Positions 36,079 to 44,055 of a stretch of 64,000 nt of DNA are shown piece after piece. Each line of letters starts with the position of its first letter. Position 1 is the stretch's first letter. Location of the stretch: sequence record NC_031039.1; one strand, written 5' to 3'. The translations under genes were made by a program, and so were the position numbers. Under the pieces are notes generated by a model. That model searched no databases. It worked only from the letters and a program-made list of their open reading frames with translations, and was not told the origin of the DNA.

Positions 36079-37776
36079 ATGGAAAACTTTTATTCTAAAA
36101 AAGAATTAGCAGAATTAACAGGAAAGGCAATTAAAACACTAGAAAGATTTATGACAAAAAATAATATAGAGTCATCATTTTCTAAGGGTGTTAAAAAGTA
36201 TTATAATGAAGAAGTAAAAAATTTTTTAATTAATAATTTTAAAAAGAAATCATTTGAAGAAACTGTAAAAGAAATAAATGATCAATTATTTAAAATATGT
36301 GGTTACTATCCTTACATAATTAATTCTTTTAAGGATGGTAAATACAATGTTACCTGTAATTTTTGTAAAGATACCTTTGATATTAAACGTTCAAATATGA
36401 AAAACGGCGCTATAAAAGAAGATGGACTCAGATATCATATGTGTAGAACATGTGGTCAAAAGAGATCAAATATAGCTAACACTAAAGATATTGAACACTT
36501 TGAAGAAAAAATAAAAGAAAAATATGGTTTCTTACCATATGAAATTTTAGAATTTACTAAATTATCTGGTAAATGTAAATTAAAATGTAAAAAATGCAAT
36601 TATATTTTTACTGCAATTGCAGGTAATATATTAGTAACTAAGAATAAGGTATATTGTCCTTCCTGTAATAATAAGAAAAGAAGTAATAAAAATTATCAAG
36701 AAAGATTAAATGAAATATTTAACGGAAATCTTATAGCATTAGAAGAATATAAAGGTAGACGTGTTCCAATTATGCATAAATGTTTAATTTGTAATAATAA
36801 ATGGAAGGCAGATCCTAACAATAGACTTAACGGTGAAGGATGTCCAAAATGCTCTAATATATTCACACAATCCAAAGGAGAAAAAGAAATTATAGATTTT
36901 ATTTCAGAAAATTATAAAGGTGAAATAATTCTTAGAAATAGAACAATATTAAATGGTAAAGAGTTAGATATTTATTTACCAGAATTGAAAATAGCCATTG
37001 AATATGACGGTTTATATTGGCACAATGAAAAACATAAAGGAAAGAATTATCATATCGATAAGACTAGAAAATGCAAGGAACATGGAGTAAGACTTATTCA
37101 TGTATTTGAAGATGAATGGGTTAACAAAAATGAGTTAGTTAAATTCAAACTTCTTCATATTCTTGGAATAAATAATCAAGAAAAAATATATGCAAGAAAA
37201 TGTTATATTGAGGAAATTGATAGTTCTCTTAAAAATGAATTCTTAGAACGGAATCATATCCAAGGAAAAGATAATGCTAGTATTAAATTAGGATTATGGC
37301 TTCCAAAAGAAGATGGTGATGAATTAATTGCTATTATGACATTTGTTAAAAGAAGATTAGCACTAGGTTCAAAACATAAAGGAGAATTTGATTATGAACT
37401 TAGTAGATTTGCAACTGATAGGGACTATCGTGCTATAGGTGCATTTGGAAAGTTATTTAAATATTTTATTAAGAATTATGAATATGATAGCATTATAACA
37501 TATGCTGATATTAGATGGTCTGAAGGAAATGTATATATTAAGAATGATTTTGAATATACTCATAATAGCCGACCAAATTACTGGTATGTGGATAGAAATG
37601 ATGGTACTAAACGAATTCATAGATTTAATTTTAGAAAACAGGAACTCAAAAATAAATTTCCTGAGCTATATGATAATGGTTTAACAGAGTTTGAAATAAT
37701 GGATAACACAAATTTCTATAGAATATGGGATTGTGGTAATATGGTATTTAAGTATGAAAAAAAAAATAAAGGTTGA
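36079..37776 (+). CDS. Free-standing homing-endonuclease-like protein (HTH, Zn ribbons, Vsr/DUF559-like nuclease, T4 Hef-like C-terminus)
   Basis: Several CxxC pairs; KELDIYLPELKIAIEYDGLYWH; IYARKC...NHIQG...ELSRFAT...YADIRWS...IWDCG; early motif at 36032-36044. Confidence 0.75.
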   Translation: MENFYSKKELAELTGKAIKTLERFMTKNNIESSFSKGVKKYYNEEVKNFLINNFKKKSFEETVKEINDQLFKICGYYPYIINSFKDGKYNVTCNFCKDTFDIKRSNMKNGAIKEDGLRYHMCRTCGQKRSNIANTKDIEHFEEKIKEKYGFLPYEILEFTKLSGKCKLKCKKCNYIFTAIAGNILVTKNKVYCPSCNNKKRSNKNYQERLNEIFNGNLIALEEYKGRRVPIMHKCLICNNKWKADPNNRLNGEGCPKCSNIFTQSKGEKEIIDFISENYKGEIILRNRTILNGKELDIYLPELKIAIEYDGLYWHNEKHKGKNYHIDKTRKCKEHGVRLIHVFEDEWVNKNELVKFKLLHILGINNQEKIYARKCYIEEIDSSLKNEFLERNHIQGKDNASIKLGLWLPKEDGDELIAIMTFVKRRLALGSKHKGEFDYELSRFATDRDYRAIGAFGKLFKYFIKNYEYDSIITYADIRWSEGNVYIKNDFEYTHNSRPNYWYVDRNDGTKRIHRFNFRKQELKNKFPELYDNGLTEFEIMDNTNFYRIWDCGNMVFKYEKKNKG

Positions 37777-37800
37777 TTAATTTCAACCTTTATTTTTTTT

Positions 37801-38055
37801 TTAGTCATACATTCCCTCATTAACAATCTCTAACATTTCATATTTTGTAAGTGGTCTTCCTAACCCATTAATATTAGGTATTTTGTAATTCTTTTCCCAA
37901 CCCTTAAATCTCGCTCTTATTCTAGCAATGAATTGTATTTTCTTTTTAGTCTTTTCTGAATTATCCTTAATCAACAATTCAGCAATCATGAAATCCATAT
38001 CAATAATAGACTTTGAACGCAACAATTTTAATATGTCTAATGTCTTAGTTGTCAT
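37801..38055 (-). CDS. Hypothetical protein
   Basis: 84 aa, RBS AGGAG. Confidence 0.7.
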   Translation of the reverse strand: MTTKTLDILKLLRSKSIIDMDFMIAELLIKDNSEKTKKKIQFIARIRARFKGWEKNYKIPNINGLGRPLTKYEMLEIVNEGMYD

Positions 38056-38067
38056 AATTTCTCCTAA

Positions 38068-38403
38068 TTAATTTAAGAATTTTATTTCTCTAATATAATC
38101 TTCCTCATCATAAGATACATTAATTTTGTCGCCCTTCTTGAGTGATTTAAAAACCTCTTCACTTCCTGCATATAATTCTCTATTATCTCCTGAATCAGAT
38201 AAAATAATCTTAAATGTATCTCTTGAATTTTTTCCTTTTCTTTCTATTTTTACCTTATCAATTATTGTTGAATTATCTATAGTTGAATATTCTTTATATG
38301 TGTTAGTTGATGGTTTTTTATTATCTATCGTAGTATTGGTGTTTACTTGATTGCATCCTACTAATAAGGCTGATAATAATCCCACAATAACTAATTTTTT
38401 CAA
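38068..38403 (-). CDS. Putative lipoprotein
   Basis: TTG start, signal MKKLVIVGLLSALLVG-C lipobox; OB-like C-terminus. Confidence 0.75.
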   Translation of the reverse strand: MKKLVIVGLLSALLVGCNQVNTNTTIDNKKPSTNTYKEYSTIDNSTIIDKVKIERKGKNSRDTFKIILSDSGDNRELYAGSEEVFKSLKKGDKINVSYDEEDYIREIKFLN

Positions 38404-38433
38404 AAGAATTACCTCACAATCATCAAGTATCTC

Positions 38434-38616
38434 TTATTTATTTTCTGACTTACTTAATTCATACATCTCATCAAGTAAGTTCATAGAATAATCAAACATT
38501 TCACTATATATACTATAGCTTATTTCCCCTGTTGAGTTTAAACCATTTAGAAAATCAGCCATTTCAGCTTTTAGTTTTTCTTTTTTTGTTGCATTAGGTG
38601 ATATCCCCCACGCCAT
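38434..38616 (-). CDS. Hypothetical protein
   Basis: 60 aa, RBS GAGGTG. Confidence 0.65.
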   Translation of the reverse strand: MAWGISPNATKKEKLKAEMADFLNGLNSTGEISYSIYSEMFDYSMNLLDEMYELSKSENK

Positions 38617-38628
38617 TTATTTCACCTC

Positions 38629-38952
38629 TTAAATTTTATTTGGATTCCAATTCAAATAATTATCCTCTATAATTTCAACTTTATTTCTCTCGTAACTACG
38701 TATTAATTCTATTACTTTATGAATTAAATAATTATCATCTTTTAAATAATAGTCATTTGTGTTATAGTACCAAATGGTTTCTGTACTTGTTAATGCTTTA
38801 TATTTTCTAAATATTTTACCTTTTACTTTTTCGTATATAGTGATTTTCCATTTAAATTGTTCTCCTGATATCTTCCTAATTACATTAGCATAATAAGTAC
38901 CTTTATCTGTTTTAATTTCCTTTAAATCCTTTTTATTAATCAATTTTACCAT
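38629..38952 (-). CDS. Hypothetical protein, probable paralog of 38936-39277
   Basis: 107 aa; shared KW..lY, DN.L and NY..W elements. Confidence 0.65.
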   Translation of the reverse strand: MVKLINKKDLKEIKTDKGTYYANVIRKISGEQFKWKITIYEKVKGKIFRKYKALTSTETIWYYNTNDYYLKDDNYLIHKVIELIRSYERNKVEIIEDNYLNWNPNKI

Positions 38953-39277
38953 CCCACTTATTGTAATTTTCTTTTATTCTATTAATCTTAGCTTTACTTT
39001 TATCTTCTTTCAATATTGTTGATTCAATATATTCAATTTCATCCTTTATAAATCTAACAAGCATATTATCTGATTCTAAACTTGGTGAGAACCAGTCTGT
39101 TTTAACTTCTTTAATATGCCTGAGAGTGTATCCAAACCACCATCTTCTTTTATTTGCAGTATATAAATTGACTAACCATTTATGCTGAAGTTCATTAAAT
39201 GGAGGAGAATATCTTGATGTTTTTGTTACTATAACACCATATTTTCTTAGTCTTGATTCAACTATTTTAATATCCAT
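38936..39277 (-). CDS. Hypothetical protein, probable paralog of 38629-38952
   Basis: 113 aa, RBS AAGGGG. Confidence 0.65.
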   Translation of the reverse strand: MDIKIVESRLRKYGVIVTKTSRYSPPFNELQHKWLVNLYTANKRRWWFGYTLRHIKEVKTDWFSPSLESDNMLVRFIKDEIEYIESTILKEDKSKAKINRIKENYNKWDGKID

Positions 39278-39291
39278 TTTTAATCCCCTTT

Positions 39292-39332
39292 AATAAATAT
39301 AAAGGATAATAATATTATCCTTTATATTTATT
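39292..39332 (-). terminator. Terminator after spliced RNAP gene
   Basis: 19-bp inverted repeat AATAAATATAAAGGATAAT/ATTATCCTTTATATTTATT just past the exon-2 stop. Confidence 0.75.
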
Positions 39333-39342
39333 TTTCTTCTAT

Positions 39343-39504
39343 TTAATTATTTAGAATAAAGATTCCCAAAATTTGATCTTTCTGTAGATCAAAATCTCCA
39401 TTAAACCGCCCGTTATTTCTGTCTACTAAGAAATTCTGTGGTGATAATAATGAGAAATGTTCTTTCATCTTATTATCAAATACTGGAATGATATTCAATA
39501 CGTC
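39343..39504 (-). CDS. rpoC: nvRNAP beta'-N subunit, exon 2 (missed by ORF track)
   Basis: Reads DVLNIIPVFDNKMKEHFSLLSPQNFLVDRNNGRFNGDFDLQKDQILGIFILNN*; completes DYDG|D and continues beta' homology. Confidence 0.92.
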   Translation of the reverse strand, partial: DVLNIIPVFDNKMKEHFSLLSPQNFLVDRNNGRFNGDFDLQKDQILGIFILNN

Positions 39505-40401
39505 CATTTAGTTTATATAAGAGCGCAACCTCTCATACCATTGGGCTAACATTTCTGTTAGAATCAGACTATATCTTAACTATTAATTCTATTACCAAAT
39601 TAATAGTTCCTCCCTTTTCCATTTAAAGCTTTCGCTACCTCATTAGCTTAGGCTGTACTCTACTCACTTCCAGATACCGTATTTCTCGAATATCCGTGTT
39701 TTCGATAGTCGTTGAACCTTACTATACATTGCTCCACTTAAATGTATTTAAAACCATAGCCTTTATAGGAATTTCTTTGACCTCTAGCTACTCTTGCTAT
39801 TGCATCTATTTTACAGTCAAATTCTTTAGCAACCTCTTTTACACTTTTATAGGTACTAATTATTTCCCCTGTAGTTAGATCTAACTTAGCTATAGGTTTA
39901 TATTTTGCTTTAGTAGCATTATTGATATTTCCTAAACCAGTTTTTTGTCTGTGATTACAGTTTTCTTTTGTAGTAGACCATTCTAGATTAGATACACAAT
40001 TATTAGTTTTTATACCATCTTTATGATTTACTTCTGGTTTATTTTCTGAATTCTCAATAAATGCTTCTGCTACTAATCTGTGTATTTTTTTGTAATAACG
40101 TTTTTTATCCCTATATAATGTGACTACAAGATAACCTTTTCCATTATTTGTGGAGGAAAGAATTTTTTCGTCTATTATTCGAATACTGTTTAGTTTTCCA
40201 CTAACTTCTCGTTTAAGTGATTTCACTAAACCTGTATTACTTATTTCATATAGACCTTCAAATCCTATTATTTCTTTCCATATTAGTTCCATTCTAATTA
40301 GCTTCTTTCAGAGCAATGTATAGTCTTGGCTGCTGGTTGGCATATCTTAAATGACTTAGCTTCCCAGACAATTAAAGAGGTTTAAAGACGGCAATCGCCT
40401 T
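39505..40401 (-). mobile_element. Group I self-splicing intron (897 nt) with homing endonuclease
   Basis: Exon ends in U and intron in G; P1 GACGGU/GCCGUC with U-G at the splice site; core elements P (AAUUGUCUGGGAA), Q (AACCAGCAGCCAAG), R (UUCAACGACUA), S (AAGAUAUAGUC). Confidence 0.93.
39738..40292 (-). CDS. Intron-encoded NUMOD4-HNH-NUMOD1 homing endonuclease
   Basis: WKEIIGFEGLYEISNTGLVKS, IHRLVAEAF, VNHKDGIKTNNCVSNLEW, YKSVKEVAK; enclosed by a perfect 14-bp stem (39721-39734 / 40311-40324). Confidence 0.92.
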   Translation of the reverse strand: MELIWKEIIGFEGLYEISNTGLVKSLKREVSGKLNSIRIIDEKILSSTNNGKGYLVVTLYRDKKRYYKKIHRLVAEAFIENSENKPEVNHKDGIKTNNCVSNLEWSTTKENCNHRQKTGLGNINNATKAKYKPIAKLDLTTGEIISTYKSVKEVAKEFDCKIDAIARVARGQRNSYKGYGFKYI

Positions 40402-41520
40402 ACCGTCATAGTCGCCTGATAATGCAGACAATAAGTTATTACTAATTCCCAGTGTTAAGTCTTTATAATCTTTTTTAATAAGACCAATCTTTAGGTATAA
40501 AATACTACCAATACTAATAGTAGGGTTACGGTTAAGTAAAAATGTACAACCACCTTTAGTTTTTGTAATTAGTTCTTCCATATAGTTATATAACTCTTGA
40601 TTAAATCCTAGTATGCCTTTTTCCCAAAATTTTAGTGCTTCATTATAATTTATACCTTTTACTTTACTGATAAGATTGATAAGCTGAAACTTATAAAGTT
40701 CTGCGAACGTTTTATAAGGCATAGCAACTTCATCAATAGGATGACCAATTAATGGTGTAATAACATTTCTGGCACTAAAATTGATTCTAGAACCCATAAT
40801 ATTCTTTCTTAGAAATCCTTTTTTACCTCGAAGGTATTCACTAATAATTCTTGTTAGGATATTATTGGCATAGAATTGCATATTATAAAGTAATGGTAAT
40901 AATAGTAAATCAATGCTGTCATCAGATACTACACCCTCATTAATCTGGTTTATGTACTCAATAACAAAGTTGTAGTAATTATTAATCTCATCAAATGCCA
41001 ATACTTTTCCTTTACTCCCAGTTAATAATGTAGCTGGTCTAAGCTTGTGTGAAAATACTGGTAGTTTATTAATAAAAATCTTATCATGATTTTCAATTAA
41101 GAAATCATATTCTTTTTGATATTTCTTTTTATCAGTGTATTTTTCAAGGAGATCATCAAAATTATCCTTAAACTTTACTAACCCGATATAATCATCTTCC
41201 CCAATTTCTTCTGTTAGATCAATATTCTCACCGTTTTGATCAATAGACTGTTGGTAGTTAATAATTTTATTAATACTTGGAATACATTTTTTGATGATAG
41301 TAAATAAGATTGGGTTGATAATATAATAAGGTTCAATATTAATCCATCCAATAGTATCTATATCCTTATCATCATCGTCTTCATTATAACTACCAAATAT
41401 CCTTTCTGAGTAAATACCATCATCAGAGAATTCATGATTTTCAATTGGATTAGCTCTTGTAATTAAATTCTCCTCATTGTAAATCTCATTAAAATCGATT
41501 AAGGATAGTTTCTTCCCCAT
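40402..41520 (-). CDS. rpoC: nvRNAP beta'-N subunit, exon 1 (AR9 gp270-like; spliced product about 426 aa)
   Basis: DGIYSERIFG, GKKGFLRKNIMGSRINFSARNVI, LLNRNPTI, LSGDYDG; early motif at 41688-41700. Confidence 0.93.
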
Positions 41521-41714
41521 ATTCTGTTTTCCCCCTATTTTATCTTTCTAATACACTTGAAAATTTTCTTTTTTGTAAATCTAAAATACACTATCTCTAT
41601 TATAACTGTTTTCTATTCTCTGCGCAAGTAAAATTTTTTAAATTTTGCCAACAATCTTCTCCCCTTTCTAAAACTATAATCATAAAAATAATATATATTT
41701 AATTTTTATAATAG

Positions 41715-41749
41715 AATAAGCAAAGACTTTCTTATAGTCTTTGCTTATT
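41715..41749 (-). terminator. Terminator after amidase-like gene
   Basis: AATAAGCAAAGACT-ttcttat-AGTCTTTGCTTATT. Confidence 0.75.
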
Positions 41750-42959
41750 TAAATAATTGCTTCGCTGTAGAATCATTTATAATCCCATCAGCTTTCATTC
41801 CCTTAGATGATTGAAATTTAATAACTGCTTGCATAGTAGTCTCATCAAACCATCCGGTAGGTTCTAATATATAGCCTAAGTCATTTAAACGTTGCTGTAC
41901 TAAACGAACATCATCACCAAATAACATAGGAGTAGTATACATAAGTGTCCTTTTTATAAAAGTAAAACTTGTGTCAGTAATTTGACTCCATGTAATTGGT
42001 CCAACTTTTCCATCTACAGTTAATGAATGTGATTCCTGAAAATTTTTAACCGCAGATTCAGTACTACTATCATAAAAACCATTAGAATTACACTCATAAC
42101 CTAAAAGTTGTAATCTATTCTGTAATCGCTTAATATCATTTCCATATAACTGATTATTGTTATCAAAGTATAATATTCTAGAAAAGGTCATTCTATTTTC
42201 AAAAAATTTTAATGATAATTTCTTTATAAGACTAAAAGTCTCGTCATTAACTATTCCATCTGGAATTAAATTATAGCTTTTTTGGAAATTAAGTACTGCT
42301 AACATGGTAGTATTGTCAAAATATCCATTAGTATCACAGTTGAATCCAAATAGATTTAACATTGTTTGTAATTCTGTTACATCATTACCAGTGATAGGCT
42401 TTTTTGAATCAAAGTATAGTGTTCTGTTACCAAATGCATATCTCAATAATCCATTAGGTGCTTTTCTTACAGGCTCAATTGACACATTAAGTACATTGGC
42501 TATAATCTCATTCAATGGAAAGAATATTCCTGGATTGCTTTTATCAGTAAGAATCTCATCTAAAGCGTATATAGTTTTTAGAGTAGAATTATTATTTCTT
42601 AAGTATTGTATGAGTAAAACAATTGAATTCTTTTGTATAGTTGGCATTAATTCGGATGTATAATCACCTTCTACGCAAATTCCAATACTATTTCTATTGA
42701 AGTCCATTCCTGTTTGATCATCATGAGCAAATTCGCCAATTGTATCTAAAGATCTTCCTCTAAAAATAACACCTTCTTTTGAGATAAAAAAATGACCTCT
42801 AAACATAGTCTTTCCATTCTCATATTTATCTTCTCTATCTAAATCATAAATGGAACAACCCGATCTTTCAGAACTAAAAAGAATGAGGAACAGTGGTCTG
42901 TTCCCCTTTCTTGGCTCTCCATTAGGAGTTAGATATGTCTCTATGATATTTAATGACAT
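41745..42959 (-). CDS. Amidase_2/PGRP-fold protein with three peptidoglycan-binding domains; catalytic residues absent
   Basis: HFFISKEGVIFRGR, NRNSIGICVEG fold motifs; three G.DV..LQ..L...G...G.FD..T..AV..FQ....L..DG repeats. Confidence 0.8.
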   Translation of the reverse strand: MSLNIIETYLTPNGEPRKGNRPLFLILFSSERSGCSIYDLDREDKYENGKTMFRGHFFISKEGVIFRGRSLDTIGEFAHDDQTGMDFNRNSIGICVEGDYTSELMPTIQKNSIVLLIQYLRNNNSTLKTIYALDEILTDKSNPGIFFPLNEIIANVLNVSIEPVRKAPNGLLRYAFGNRTLYFDSKKPITGNDVTELQTMLNLFGFNCDTNGYFDNTTMLAVLNFQKSYNLIPDGIVNDETFSLIKKLSLKFFENRMTFSRILYFDNNNQLYGNDIKRLQNRLQLLGYECNSNGFYDSSTESAVKNFQESHSLTVDGKVGPITWSQITDTSFTFIKRTLMYTTPMLFGDDVRLVQQRLNDLGYILEPTGWFDETTMQAVIKFQSSKGMKADGIINDSTAKQLFK

Positions 42960-42965
42960 ATTATC

Positions 42966-43508
42966 CTAACCTTCCTTTTTGTAGGTATTATAAAGAGATG
43001 TTATAATATTAAATTCATTATCAACATAAGCTAAATCACCTATATCATCTATTGCTTTTTTAGCATCAACTTCATAATCATCCATCCAACCAACTTGAAG
43101 GTCATTGGCTTTTTCTAAATTAAGAATTATTTTCTTAATTCTTTCAATTTTCTTTGCAGTACCTTTATCTAGTTGGTCAAGATATTTTATTTTTAAAAGT
43201 ATCTTTTTACCAAACTCATAGGTTTTATTTTGAGCCTCAACTGCATCCTCAAAATCCCCTTTTAAGAATGTTTCAATATCTTCTAATAAGTTAAGAATAA
43301 CATCTGTTTGTTCATCAACATCATGTTTTAATTCATTAATATCTTCAAGTTTGTCTTCTATTTCTTTAGTTTTACTAACAATTATACCATTCTTATTGGC
43401 AGATATATGACCATCAAATCGATTCATTATCAACTGTCCGGGCTGAGAGTCTTTTGCAAATTCTTCAGAAAGAGGTTGATATGCGAATCTTCCATTATAA
43501 GCCATCAA
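42966..43508 (-). CDS. Virion fibre-associated coiled-coil protein A
   Basis: N-terminal GQLIMNRFDGHIS...SKTKEIE module followed by coiled coil. Confidence 0.65.
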   Translation of the reverse strand: MMAYNGRFAYQPLSEEFAKDSQPGQLIMNRFDGHISANKNGIIVSKTKEIEDKLEDINELKHDVDEQTDVILNLLEDIETFLKGDFEDAVEAQNKTYEFGKKILLKIKYLDQLDKGTAKKIERIKKIILNLEKANDLQVGWMDDYEVDAKKAIDDIGDLAYVDNEFNIITSLYNTYKKEG

Positions 43509-44041
43509 TATCCACCTCCAATTTGATCTAAACCAGATTTGTTACTTATTTTTTGATTAGTTATATCATTAGCCAAGAATTTCATTTCATCTATAGTTGC
43601 TTTTAGTTTAAGAATATCTTTCAGATTATCAACTATAGGATCAAGAAAAGGACGAATTTCTTTATATTGAAAATCCTTCAATTCTTTACAAAAATTATCT
43701 ATTAATGTCATTAAACTCTCAACATCTGCATCCAACTCTGTTAAACTGACATATAATTCTTCTGCCCTATCTCTAACTTTTTTAGTATCATCTTTTAATA
43801 CATCTATAGAGTTTAGTAATCTTTCAATTTCTTCAGCTAATTCAATAAACTTTTTAACAAGCTTATTTTTATAACTGAGGAGGGCATTTGCCCTAGCCTC
43901 AAGTTCTTTTGTTTTACTTTTATACTTACCATTATGCTTAATTGTTACATGCCCAGTCTTCTTATCAAGAATGATTTCTCCTTCTTTAGCATTAAACATA
44001 TTTTTCTCAAGCAATGGTCTTATTACAATTCTCCAATCCAT
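43505..44041 (-). CDS. Virion fibre-associated coiled-coil protein B
   Basis: N-terminal GEIILDKKTGHVT...SKTKELE module followed by coiled coil; overlaps next start. Confidence 0.65.
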   Translation of the reverse strand: MDWRIVIRPLLEKNMFNAKEGEIILDKKTGHVTIKHNGKYKSKTKELEARANALLSYKNKLVKKFIELAEEIERLLNSIDVLKDDTKKVRDRAEELYVSLTELDADVESLMTLIDNFCKELKDFQYKEIRPFLDPIVDNLKDILKLKATIDEMKFLANDITNQKISNKSGLDQIGGGY

Positions 44042-44055
44042 TGATTATCACCCAA

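Noticed and set aside
40372-40401. ORF-track C-terminus KAIAVFKPL of beta'-N
   Set aside because: It is read-through into intron sequence; the real C-terminus is exon 2 at 39343-39504.
41745-42959. Calling the amidase-like ORF the active endolysin
   Set aside because: Zn ligands and the catalytic Tyr are all substituted.
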